A stretch of 64,000 nucleotides of DNA from Trypanosoma brucei (Eukaryota), in assembly GCA_000002445.1 (NCBI GenBank), contig CH464491.1, positions 64,001 through 128,000 on the forward strand, given 5' to 3'. How positions within the stretch are numbered: position 1 is the stretch's first letter; the number at the start of each line of letters is the position of its first letter. A program made the position numbers and the translations under genes. Below, piece after piece: positions 32,217 through 42,293 of this stretch. The notes below the pieces were generated by a model. It was not told where the DNA came from. It saw only the letters and a program-made list of their open reading frames with translations, and ran no database searches.

Positions 32217-32828
32217 TCATTGCCACTCTCCTTCACCTTTCAAAATTCTTTGGATTGCTGTAATTTGTGCATCACAGTTTGCGCACCACGCCTCAAGTTT
32301 CTCCCGCATTTTTCCAATTTCCGACGGCCGAACGTCCCTGGGGGCCCAATCCTTCAACAGAAATAAATCCTGTCGTTGGTCGATACATCCCTCAATAAGT
32401 CCCTCAGACATCATCTCAAGCAAAAGCACTTCCACTTCAACATCGCCGCTTCCCCCAACGATCTCTCGTATATTTTTAAGGGAAATTACGTCGCCTCTAC
32501 AAAGTGATAAAACGGACAACTTGCGCATCTTCTCATATATGGAGGAGGGCAGACGTTTCTGCACATCTGCGGGAAGTGCACACAACTCTGCGGTATTGCC
32601 GTAGCATAAAACTTCCAGCAACTGCGGTACCCAAGCAAATGATGGGTTTGTAGCGAGTGCCATCACGGAGGGGATATGCAACAGCACACCATAAAAAAAA
32701 ATATGGGGAGCCTCAACTGCCTCCATAATCAAACAAACTCTGTCGGAGTCATTCGTGGAGGCTGCGACCAAATGCGCGTACTCCTCAATGCTGCGACGCG
32801 CTAAAGCCTCAGAAATTCCTTGTGTCAT
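32217..32828 (-). CDS. CSN7: PCI-domain protein similar to COP9 signalosome subunit 7 (CSN7); eIF3m is the alternative
   Basis: VEAPHIFFYGVLLHIPSV matches CSN7 VLEAPGVYVFGELLDMPNV. MRKLSVLSLC matches LRHLSVVTLA. IDQRQDLFLLKDWAPRDV matches LDQRNQRLEVDYSIGRDI. LEAWCANCD matches LQEWCVGCE. Confidence 0.55.
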   Translation of the reverse strand: MTQGISEALARRSIEEYAHLVAASTNDSDRVCLIMEAVEAPHIFFYGVLLHIPSVMALATNPSFAWVPQLLEVLCYGNTAELCALPADVQKRLPSSIYEKMRKLSVLSLCRGDVISLKNIREIVGGSGDVEVEVLLLEMMSEGLIEGCIDQRQDLFLLKDWAPRDVRPSEIGKMREKLEAWCANCDAQITAIQRILKGEGEWQ

Positions 32829-33215
32829 CTACCGTGGGATATAGTAATAAAAATATGGACCCCCGATGCGGCGTGTACCCTAGTCGAAACTCCCTTGGGT
32901 ACCTGCTCATGTGACGAAAGGAAAAAGCCATTTTGAATGAATGGTAAAAAGATAAATAAAATAAAATAGGAATAAACATAAAGATACGAAGACACTCCAA
33001 GGACATTCCCGTCTACACCACCCCACTTTCCTTCACCTTGAGTGATATCAGTGGCAGGCACACATGGTAATAATATAAGCCCCTCTCATACCTTTGGTAT
33101 ATATCTCTTTGCAGTGCATACAACCATGTCTTGTAAGTAACTTCTCATCCCACCAATTTCACTCTTCCAACAAGAAAAGGAAAACCAAAGAAGTAAATAA
33201 TCCTCACGCACGCCA

Positions 33216-33494
33216 TTAGTTACGCGGGACGCCACTTTTGTCTTCGCAACTTTTCTTTGCATGTGAGATACGCTCCTGTGGGTCGTTTTCCTTTCGCGCT
33301 CCCTCCTGCAGTTTCGACCAGAGATTAGAAACATCTCTTTTTACTTCCGCATAAGCGGCACTCAACCACAAACTGTGTCTCTTTACTGCATGACGCTCCA
33401 TGTGTGCGGTCCTTTGCGCTACTTGTCTAATTAATGGGGATTCCGCCCCCTTCTCCACAGCAAGTGAGTAAACCAAACGCTTAACAAAATTCAT
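33216..33494 (-). CDS. Small hypothetical protein, about 92 aa (MNFVKRLVYSLAVEKGAESPLIRQVAQRTAHMERHAVKRHSLWLSAAYAEVKRDV...)
   Basis: The composition is not low-complexity and looks amphipathic-helical. It lies in a 1.1-kb gap between CSN7-like and DENR-like genes. The longer 109-aa ORF begins in a (TA)n repeat. Confidence 0.3.
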   Translation of the reverse strand: MNFVKRLVYSLAVEKGAESPLIRQVAQRTAHMERHAVKRHSLWLSAAYAEVKRDVSNLWSKLQEGARKENDPQERISHAKKSCEDKSGVPRN

Positions 33495-33938
33495 TGTCTC
33501 TCCCAATATAATATATATATATATTATATTTATATATGCGACCACAGGGACGCAAAAGTGGAGGGTGAAAAAGAACGAAAGGTGAATGACTCACTTGTGT
33601 AGACTTGAATAGCGGTGAGTCTCCAAAAAAACTGTACCCAGAAAAGGGTCTTAAACTAGCACACCGGAGAAAAGATAATTTAAAAGGGGAAACAAAGAAA
33701 AGAACACACATGCGCGGACGATCACCAAACAGTAGTTTGCGACAACGGGCCGAAAACTTACTACCTAATAAACAGCATCCTGAGGAGAAATTGCGCCCCA
33801 ACGGGTGCGATAAGTTAAAGGGACCGAAAGGTGAGAAGAAAAAGAAAAAGTAAAAGCGGTACAACTCGAGATAACACCAACCACCCCGTATGTCACACCC
33901 CCGCATCAACCGCAGCCACTAACATATGTCACGTATCG

Positions 33939-34820
33939 CTAGTTTCCGTAACATTTGACCTTCTTCTTGTCCTCCATTTTGTAAATTGCATCCTTGGGTA
34001 TGTTATATTTCCCGGGTAGCATCTCGACCAGCTGCTCGACCACATTTCCCTGAATGTCAATCATGCTTTGCTTTAACTCTTCAGAAGTTGTGACACCAGC
34101 ACCGCAAGAAAACATCTTTTTCCACTCCCTCGAAAGGTCTTTCAGGTTTAAACCGAACAAGTCCATACCCTTCACCGTTGTCGTCATCTTCTTATTTTTA
34201 CGCTGTGAAACCTCAATAAGAACAATACGCTCAATACCTTTCTTATTTCCGCTTCCTTTTACAAGGCGCTCAAGCCGTTCCCGCTCCGTCAGCACCCGCC
34301 TCTTCCGACCCCGTTCCTCAGCCTCTGCGAGTTCCTTGGCATGCTCAAGCAACCACGGGCGACATTGTTCATACATCCCACTGAACTCACACATTTCTGC
34401 TGGAAATGTGCAAATGGGGCAGTAAAGCACATCCACTGGTTCGTATCGCGTGACAGTCATTCCCTCAGTAAGTTTCTGTGCAAGTGCCTCCTCCTCTCCT
34501 CCAGAAGGGAGCAGTGCTTCTTCTTTATTATTATTTACTCTCTCTTGATCAGCAGCAGCTTTCTCCTCGGCAGCATTCGGCTCCTGACCATTTCCCTTAT
34601 TTTTTTTCCCACCCTTTCCACCCTGAGTTTTGTTGAGTTTATTCCCACGGTATTCTTTTTTCTTAGGAGCCGGATCCTCCGCATTGGGCGCGTCTTCCGC
34701 TTCGTCACGTGACTGGTCCTGTTCCACCTGAGGCGCTTGCTGTTGTTCTTCCTCATCTAATGCATCTTCTTCCGACTCATGGTGCAGCGCTGCTTTGCTC
34801 TTTTTCTTATTGCGTCCCAT
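33939..34820 (-). CDS. DENR: Density-regulated protein (DENR)-like translation reinitiation factor with a C-terminal SUI1 domain
   Basis: The Zn-binding segment YEPVDVLYCPICTFPAEMCEFSGMYEQCRPWLLEH matches DENR PLRVLYCGVCSLPTEYCEY...CKQWLEKN. The C-terminal SUI1 fold reads KKMTTTVKGMDLFGLNLKDLSREWKKMFSCGAGV...IDIQGNVVEQLVEML. An in-frame Lys/Glu-rich N-terminal extension runs from MGRNKKKSK at 34820. The alternative start is MTVTRY at 34460. Confidence 0.6.
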   Translation of the reverse strand: MGRNKKKSKAALHHESEEDALDEEEQQQAPQVEQDQSRDEAEDAPNAEDPAPKKKEYRGNKLNKTQGGKGGKKNKGNGQEPNAAEEKAAADQERVNNNKEEALLPSGGEEEALAQKLTEGMTVTRYEPVDVLYCPICTFPAEMCEFSGMYEQCRPWLLEHAKELAEAEERGRKRRVLTERERLERLVKGSGNKKGIERIVLIEVSQRKNKKMTTTVKGMDLFGLNLKDLSREWKKMFSCGAGVTTSEELKQSMIDIQGNVVEQLVEMLPGKYNIPKDAIYKMEDKKKVKCYGN

Positions 34821-35921
34821 CGCTATGTTACTGAACCGTCCACTGGAATCCTTGCGAAACCGGTGATTTCCTTCACTCGGTTGAAGTCTCCTTTGTTTCC
34901 TAAAATTGAAGAACCGAGTTAATAAAGTATAAGAAAATGTGAAGAAGCAGAGGAAAGAGAAGTTACGTTTTTCCTTTCCTTTCCTTGTTATTTCCCCCCC
35001 CCTCCCCTTAAAGGAAACCACAACCATTTGAACAGGTACCACATGTTGATCATCATACTCATCATCATTATAGCAATATCAACTTGAGGACGGTCGAAGG
35101 CGAAATAACATTTGAAAGGGAAATGTAGTATGACATGTTATGAAAATGTGGAAAATTGATAAAGATGTTAGTAGTAATAATAATAGAATGAAATGAAGGG
35201 GATCAATGGCATGACATCTTTACCCGAACCTCACTGCGGATAGCGGCCAAAACATCACAAATTTCCCTCATCAATTTCACAACCGCCCTGCGCATAAAAT
35301 TTAATGCACATACCTCCCACAGCATCAACTGCGAGAGAAAAATATAAAGAAAAGATGAAATAAAGAAAAAAGATACTGTAGCTACAATGACAATGACATG
35401 TCAGCGGCTACCCTCACGCGCAGATTCACATTCTCACCCGCATGTATACTTATGCATTTGTACACACATATACTCAGTAAAAAAAAAAAAGTAAGTACCC
35501 CACCTCAGCAAGCACACACACGCACATACCACCAAACACAACTTCAGCAACACGAACTAAAAAAAAAAAAAGATACACGTCGCCATCACCCAAGAAAACA
35601 ATATAATAGAAAGATGTCAACCGGTTGCAACACGACAGGTGAGCCTGCAGAGATATTTTACACCCTGTGTTATTGCCCGAATAGTGGTTGAATGAGAATG
35701 ATTTACAAAAAAAAAATTAAAGGTCCAAAGAAACGTTCAAAGTATAGAGGAGAGCTTCGTACCCAAAAAGAGGCATAACAGTGCCAATAATGCCTCCAAT
35801 AATATATGCATATATACGTGTGAAGCAGGCTATGCAAACGCCGAGGTGAGCATAACCAACAACTTCTTGTAATCCCACTTTGCTTCATTGCTTTCCCTCA
35901 CCCCCCCCTTTAAATAGTCAA

Positions 35922-38387
35922 CTATTTACTGGTGACGGGATAAGGCCCTGGTGAAGGAGACGCTCTCGCTCCCCGTACCAGTGGAGGAAGTAATGAAGCA
36001 GACACTGTATCAACATCTGCAAACCCGTGTGAAGGTCTTGAACCTCGCATTTGACCATCCAACTCTCTTTCACCAGATGCAGTTGCATTTGGTGAACCTC
36101 GCCTCACCGTGGTTGCATGAGGCACTCCCGCACTTGCAATATGTTCACCAGCATTCGCGGCGTATCCCTTATAATCTTTCTGAGACACTAGTGGGGATCG
36201 GGTGGGTTCCTCACGTGCCGCCGAGATTTGCAAAGCCCTTTCACTCAAAGCCGGCACAACTGGACGGCCCTTGCTTAGTCCATTCCCCTCCATGTTATGC
36301 TCAACTGGCGCTCTCGGGTTTGTTTGCATTTTCTCCGGCAGCGGTCGGTTTGCCGCTCCTGATGTCATTGTATCATCATTTGGGGCTGTGTTTTTCTTCC
36401 CGTAAGGACCCTCTCTCCCCCGTTCCTTAGTAAACGAATGAAGTGGCGCCTCTGATTCGGCTGGCAACACATACACCGCGTTTTCACCGCATTTTGTGGG
36501 GTCGTCTAAGCTCTTCCGCAATAACCGTATGACAGTCTTCTTTGGATTGCCGGCACCATCCTTCCCAGCGTTCTTCTCGACAGCTGCCCTGGCAGCCGTC
36601 AGTGCCTTTTCCACACGGGGCATTAACAGTTGGACGTCTGTTTTAATATCCGTTAGGGCCCCGCGGAACTCATCACTGCTATCCTTAACGATGTCGAGAG
36701 TGCTGTTGAGAAGCTCCTTGCGAGTGTGCCCAATCAAAGCAATCATCTCCTCTTTCGATGTGCCTAACCGTTTCTGTAGGTCACGAAGTTCAGTCCAAAC
36801 AGTATTAAGTTCCCCAGCAGCGTCGAACGGAACGAGGGCACTGCTTTCGGTGCTGACCCTCGCAAGTTCAGTGGAAACAGTACCTGCTGATTGTTTTTCC
36901 GTGCGGCGCTCGAGTAGTCTCCCCTTCTCCGCCAGCAACGCCACCTCTTTCCGCACAGCATTGTCGAGCACTTCAATCTGATTCTGTATAGCCTGAAATT
37001 CGCGCTGTGAAGTGAACGTCTCCCTCACTTCACACCACAATTTGTTGAGTGCGGCAGTCACCGCCGCGTGCATCTCCGAACGATAAGTCGTCAGCGGCCT
37101 CAACCGTTCCAGTAAATCACTATGGGTTGCACGTACCGTCGCCTCCATAACAGACTGCAGTTGCATCACACTGCGCTCAGCCAGCACCGAGAAGCTCCGC
37201 AACTCCTCCTGTAACCGCCGTCTCTCATCCTGCTCGGTTGCCAGCGAGCATTTAATCCTTGAAATGTCATCGCGTATCCCCTCTATTGAAGCGAGTCTTG
37301 TTTGAACGTTCCGCTCAATGTTATCCGTGGTGCGGTGGAGCTCACCAGCAACCTCCTCTACGCGGGCATTCACTTGGCCCAAGCTCCTCTGAAGAGTAGT
37401 TTCCACAACCGACTGTTTTCCACGAAGGCCCTGGCATTCGTCTTGCAGCTTTCCGGCGAGGTCAGTGAGGCTTGCTCTCCAGTTGGTATCTACTGTTTCT
37501 AACTGCTGACGATGAGATGACAGCTCAGTGAGAAGTTGTTGTTGCATTGCCCTTGAAGCCACTTCCTCCGACTGCAGGCGCGCAGAGAGCGTAGCGATAT
37601 CCGTGTTCACAGTACTATGCAATGATTGAAGCCCATCCCTCAAATTTGTGTCAACCGAACTGATTGTCTGCCTATCTGCAGAAATCTCGCGAGCTAACGT
37701 CCCTTGCAGGGTATTCAACCCATCCTGAAGCTTTTGATCAAGCGCCGCCAATGCTGCACTGGATGATTGATTGTAAGATTGCAATTGCATCTTGAAACTA
37801 TCAGACAACTTAACGACTTCATTGGAAAACATTCCCCTTAACTCATCTAAAGCACTTCGTACGGATGCCTCTAATTTCTCAACACGCTGCCGGGTTTGCA
37901 GCAGTTCTCCACTAAATGTATGTTGCACGGAAGCCAGTTCCCCCTGTATGGTTTGATCGGTAGACCTCAAGCAGTCCAACTGTGATTTTATGCCACTCTC
38001 TAGATTCCGTACGGAGGAGGTAAGTGATGTTTCCACAGTTTGCAACCGCTGATAACAGGCCAATATATCACAATTCACCTTTTGCTCCACAGTGCTAGCT
38101 ATGGATTTAACAGACTCCTCTAAAAGCCGCACGGTGGCGCCCTGCCTTTGAAGATCATTGTTGACTGTCTCTAACCTCACATTACACGCGTCCGCCACTC
38201 TATCCAACTTAAGCGCCAAACCATCACTGCGTGTGGCGCCTTCATTACGGTGCCGTCCCTCACTTGCTACCACGAATTCCTCTATTCCCTTAACACGTTG
38301 AAGAACCATAGCCATGGTGGATTCACTCCTACGCAGGAGTTCCTCCATGGAGGCCACTCGGCCGCTTAAAGATTGATATGCGTCCAT
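35922..38387 (-). CDS. Large coiled-coil protein, 821 aa, with internally repeated helical segments; hypothetical
   Basis: It contains reiterated motifs (SVDTNLRDGLQSLHSTVNTDIATLSARLQ / TVDTNWRASLTDLAGKLQ / DQKLQDGLNTLQGTLAREI). The N-terminal ~640 aa are helical, followed by a Ser/Pro/Gly-rich tail. Confidence 0.55.
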   Translation of the reverse strand: MDAYQSLSGRVASMEELLRRSESTMAMVLQRVKGIEEFVVASEGRHRNEGATRSDGLALKLDRVADACNVRLETVNNDLQRQGATVRLLEESVKSIASTVEQKVNCDILACYQRLQTVETSLTSSVRNLESGIKSQLDCLRSTDQTIQGELASVQHTFSGELLQTRQRVEKLEASVRSALDELRGMFSNEVVKLSDSFKMQLQSYNQSSSAALAALDQKLQDGLNTLQGTLAREISADRQTISSVDTNLRDGLQSLHSTVNTDIATLSARLQSEEVASRAMQQQLLTELSSHRQQLETVDTNWRASLTDLAGKLQDECQGLRGKQSVVETTLQRSLGQVNARVEEVAGELHRTTDNIERNVQTRLASIEGIRDDISRIKCSLATEQDERRRLQEELRSFSVLAERSVMQLQSVMEATVRATHSDLLERLRPLTTYRSEMHAAVTAALNKLWCEVRETFTSQREFQAIQNQIEVLDNAVRKEVALLAEKGRLLERRTEKQSAGTVSTELARVSTESSALVPFDAAGELNTVWTELRDLQKRLGTSKEEMIALIGHTRKELLNSTLDIVKDSSDEFRGALTDIKTDVQLLMPRVEKALTAARAAVEKNAGKDGAGNPKKTVIRLLRKSLDDPTKCGENAVYVLPAESEAPLHSFTKERGREGPYGKKNTAPNDDTMTSGAANRPLPEKMQTNPRAPVEHNMEGNGLSKGRPVVPALSERALQISAAREEPTRSPLVSQKDYKGYAANAGEHIASAGVPHATTVRRGSPNATASGERELDGQMRGSRPSHGFADVDTVSASLLPPLVRGARASPSPGPYPVTSK

Positions 38388-38596
38388 TGGGCTTAAAAGT
38401 GTTCACACTTCTCCTCTCACTCAAGTATACGTGTTTCTGACAGAAGGCAAATGTCCAACTACCTCTTGTGTAATCATTGGCAAATAAGAAACCAAGTTTA
38501 TTTGTTTTTTTTTTCATTGCAACGATGAACAGACATCAACCAAAAAATAAAAAAGAGGTAGGGCAGTGTAAAGTCATTGGCGTCGGAGTGAATAAC

Positions 38597-38636
38597 ATAT
38601 ATATATATATATATATATATATACTACTACTACTAC
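38597..38636. repeat. (AT)14 followed by (TAC)5 microsatellite
   Basis: atatatatatatatatatatatatatactactactactac, read directly. Confidence 0.9.
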
Positions 38637-39044
38637 AAGCCATATGTTGTTCCTCATTAAGCGCACAGTTATTACCGATATTAGATAGTAGAGAACACTA
38701 CCCTTCCTAAAAGGAAGAAGTTGTGCAGGGGGGGGAGCGGACGGAAAAAAAAACTGAGTAATAGAGACGCCTAGTGTCTGGTACTTCACTTTAGAACGCC
38801 CGCTTTATCACAAAATTAAAATGTGTATTTATACACTTATTTAGCCGCCCCATGCTGCTCACTCGACAACAATCCCATTCCTCTCATCACGTCCCTCCCA
38901 TTGTCACAACGTCCACACTACTACACATCCATAACCATCGGTGGTTGGCTTTCTTAGCAACACCGGTTCCACTTCAGGGTAGCCGCTTGCACATTTACAG
39001 GGTTTCTTTTTTTAAAAAAAAAAAAGAAAGTAGTCGGCGACACC

Positions 39045-41891
39045 TCAAGTCTTCTCACGGCGCTGCATTTTTGCTGGTGGCCTCGCAGCTGATGCCAGGC
39101 TGTGAACAAATGGCGGCTGACTGGTAAGTTCCGGAGGGACCAAAGAACGCGTTACGTAATCAATGTAATATGTCCTTCTCAGCATATCATGGACACGGTG
39201 AGTGTGGCGCTGCGTGTAAGCCAGTAACGCTTCAAGCACTTTAGAAATGGCAGGCATTTCTGCAAGCGTGGAAAAGTGGAAAGCCCTCAAAACAGTGTGT
39301 ATGACAAGACTAGCAACCCCACAGTGCCTGGCATTGGTGATCCATTCTCGAGTAAATTGCAGCAACCGCACCAACTGTTCCTCATTCAAGGCAGGAAGTA
39401 CTACTTTACATAGTGATTCTTCACAACCCTTCGCATCCTTAATGGACCACCGCAGCACCACTTGACGTAGATTACGCGGATGGTTTAGTTTCAGTGCAAG
39501 CATGAAAGCTTCCACGTATTCACCCTTACGCAACGCATTGGCCAATTCTTGTTCCTTCAATATTACGTCCCGCCGCTCATGTCGCACACGTTCCGCCTCC
39601 TCTGCCGTATAATCTTCCGTCGCTATGAGCACACCATCGGCGGAACCAGAGATAAAAGTTATATTTCCACCTTCAGGCTCAGAAACACAAAGCGCCCAAA
39701 TCTTCTCTTCATGCGTCTCCCCCGACCACACAACCTCCGCCACTGAAATCGCCCACACACGCAAAACTCCCTCGGCGTTGCCCGTCACGAGTTGTGTCCC
39801 ACCGTTGAAAAAAGAAAGCTGAAGCACCGGTATTCGATCCACCTGTAAGGCCTTGACGCACGTCAATGAAACCAATGACCATAAGCGAACACTCCCATCA
39901 TTAGACGCGGATGCTAATACACGATCAGTGGGCGAAAATGCCAGCGATGACACGGCGCGACGGTGGCCCTTCAGTGAAGCATCGCGAAAGAGTTTCTTCC
40001 CAGAAACGGTCCACAAGTTAACATTCTTATCCTTTCCTGCCGTTGCAACGTATTGGTCATTGGGAGCCACAGCCAAGGTATGAATGGAACCTTCATGTGC
40101 TGAATTGATACCAGCACGGTGAGTGAAAGTAATGGGGAGCGTTTCCTCTGATGAGCTCTTCCGCTTTGTAACAAGGGGCAGTACGTGCGTCCCCACATCC
40201 CAAAGGCATAAATTCTCATCCGTGCCGACGGAGAATAGTAAAAAGTAGCTATCGGACTGCTTTGCATTAAAGGATATAAAAGTAATGTCCGCATTGTGGC
40301 CCTTCTCACCTATTGCAATGGTGCTCCACGTCTCTGTCGACCAAAACCGAACCGTACAGTCCTTCCCCGCGGTCGCAATCAAGCACGTATCAACAGAAAC
40401 AGCGCATGTTAATACGATATCACTATGACCTGACAGACACACAGATGAAAGGCAACCTTGAGAAGGGTAGCAACGTAAATCCTTGCTGTTCGTGACCACC
40501 ACTCGATGAATGGGAGAATGAGGTGGAAATAGCTTCACGTCAAGAACCTGATCCAAAAAGCCCACCAGGGTGACGTCCGGAACGTAAGTTGCCTTTTCTG
40601 GGTGTGGCACCAAAAGTGAAATGTTAAAGGAAGCGTCTGCAGTGTACAACCGTGATGGGTTGTCATCTTCCACTACACCATGAAGTAAACCCACTTCATG
40701 CGTCCCTCTGGGTTTGTTTGCCACAACGAGACTACGGACTGCTAATTCACCATCGGATTCCTCGACATCACTACCAACTTTACGCCGCCTCCGGGAAAGT
40801 TGTAATGGTTCCGTTACACTAACGTTATATGTCGATATAACTCCATCCATTGCACCAATATGAAGCCGAAAGGCTGACTCGAATAACGCAGAAGAAACAT
40901 GCTCCTTTACTACAACGGCACGCAGTTCCTCCAATCCGGTTTTCGTCATCTTGTTAATGACAACTTTTCGGTCCCTTCCAACGGAAAGGAGGTGTTTGTT
41001 GTCTGCCGTAAGACAAATTGCTTCAACAGCTGCCACATGAGGCCGAGCATGGGCAACTAATGTTTTTTCGACAAAGTCAAACACAGCAACGTGCCCTTCA
41101 AAGCTCCCAACACAAATAAACTCCTTTGCAGAGTTCACGTAGAAGGAATGTGCAAGACATGCTGAAGGAGAGTGCAAATTGTGTGTGAGGTAATGTTGAA
41201 ACACATCCCACACCTTCACCCCTCCGTCTGTTGAGCCCGAGACGAGATGAGACCCATCAAAAGTGAACTGCACGACAGAAATTGCCTGCTGCGATGCCGT
41301 CCAAGACCGAAGCGGTGAGAGTGTGCAGATGAGATTTGTATCACTCACAGCCTTTGTAACTGAAGACGATATTATTCGCTGATCTCCTCCATCACCTCCC
41401 TCCTTCGTCTCGCCCACCTCAACCAAATTGGGGTAGGCGCCTTCAACTCGTAAAACATAAATTTGCAGAGAACGTGTTCCCACAGCAATGTAACTTCCAC
41501 AAGGAACTGCAGCATCAACTACTTTCGTATCTTCCCCATCCCTCACCTCATCGCGCTTCGTTTTCCTACTTTTCCCGTCGGCAACAGAACCGTGAGAGTG
41601 TTTGGTAGTAGCGGATGGTTTTGCAATGGGAGCTACCGTGACGGCATCAATGCGAAGAATCACGTCTTCTACAGGTAATGTATACGACGCCAACCGTTCG
41701 CCGTCACTTGCGCGTAACACATTAATTGTATCACCACATGCCGCCACGAGACACTCCACCCCATTCAAACACGGGGAATGCAATGAAGAGGAAATTTGAG
41801 AATTTGGAAGCAGCAACAGAGACGCGATGTTCCCACCGCTGTATAGTGGCACCTGCGACCACTGAGTACGGAAGCAGTTCTTTCCTTCCAT
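39045..41891 (-). CDS. UTP13: U3 snoRNP / SSU-processome WD40 protein Utp13 (TBL3-like)
   Basis: Multiple WD40 repeats (e.g. LSGHSDIVLTCAVS, GHRRAVSSLAFSP...DGSVRLWSL). The C-terminal Utp13 domain reads LRKGEYVEAFMLALKLNHPRNLRQVV...LNEEQLVRLLQFTREWITNARHCGVASLVIHTVLRAF, matching the Utp13 C-terminal signature (...LLRFAVQWNTNSRHCHVAQRVLHTVL). Confidence 0.65.
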   Translation of the reverse strand: MEGKNCFRTQWSQVPLYSGGNIASLLLLPNSQISSSLHSPCLNGVECLVAACGDTINVLRASDGERLASYTLPVEDVILRIDAVTVAPIAKPSATTKHSHGSVADGKSRKTKRDEVRDGEDTKVVDAAVPCGSYIAVGTRSLQIYVLRVEGAYPNLVEVGETKEGGDGGDQRIISSSVTKAVSDTNLICTLSPLRSWTASQQAISVVQFTFDGSHLVSGSTDGGVKVWDVFQHYLTHNLHSPSACLAHSFYVNSAKEFICVGSFEGHVAVFDFVEKTLVAHARPHVAAVEAICLTADNKHLLSVGRDRKVVINKMTKTGLEELRAVVVKEHVSSALFESAFRLHIGAMDGVISTYNVSVTEPLQLSRRRRKVGSDVEESDGELAVRSLVVANKPRGTHEVGLLHGVVEDDNPSRLYTADASFNISLLVPHPEKATYVPDVTLVGFLDQVLDVKLFPPHSPIHRVVVTNSKDLRCYPSQGCLSSVCLSGHSDIVLTCAVSVDTCLIATAGKDCTVRFWSTETWSTIAIGEKGHNADITFISFNAKQSDSYFLLFSVGTDENLCLWDVGTHVLPLVTKRKSSSEETLPITFTHRAGINSAHEGSIHTLAVAPNDQYVATAGKDKNVNLWTVSGKKLFRDASLKGHRRAVSSLAFSPTDRVLASASNDGSVRLWSLVSLTCVKALQVDRIPVLQLSFFNGGTQLVTGNAEGVLRVWAISVAEVVWSGETHEEKIWALCVSEPEGGNITFISGSADGVLIATEDYTAEEAERVRHERRDVILKEQELANALRKGEYVEAFMLALKLNHPRNLRQVVLRWSIKDAKGCEESLCKVVLPALNEEQLVRLLQFTREWITNARHCGVASLVIHTVLRAFHFSTLAEMPAISKVLEALLAYTQRHTHRVHDMLRRTYYIDYVTRSLVPPELTSQPPFVHSLASAARPPAKMQRREKT

Positions 41892-42293
41892 TGCTTGCGG
41901 GATTCACAAGGTGATACAATTTGCTTTGTATAATATCCAATTAACCCACCTTCCTTTAAACAACCTCGCTCGTATTTAGAAAAATAAAAAAAAAGAAAAA
42001 ACTGCTCGGCATTCAAAAAAAAAAAAAGCACAGCCCCAATGATTTACGGTAAAAATAGAGAAAACATAAAATAAACGGAGGATGAGAAAAAGAAGAAGAG
42101 GAATAGTTATGCACACAAGGACGGTAACAAGGGGTAACCAAGGAAAAAAAAAGTGAAACTTACGTGGAGTAATCCACCTACCAAAACTATGATAACAACC
42201 TCCCCTGCAGGTTTAAAAGGTTAGGGAAGGGGTGGAGGGACAAAACACAGAAACAAGTGACGACGAACAAACCCGATGTTGCACCACACACGC

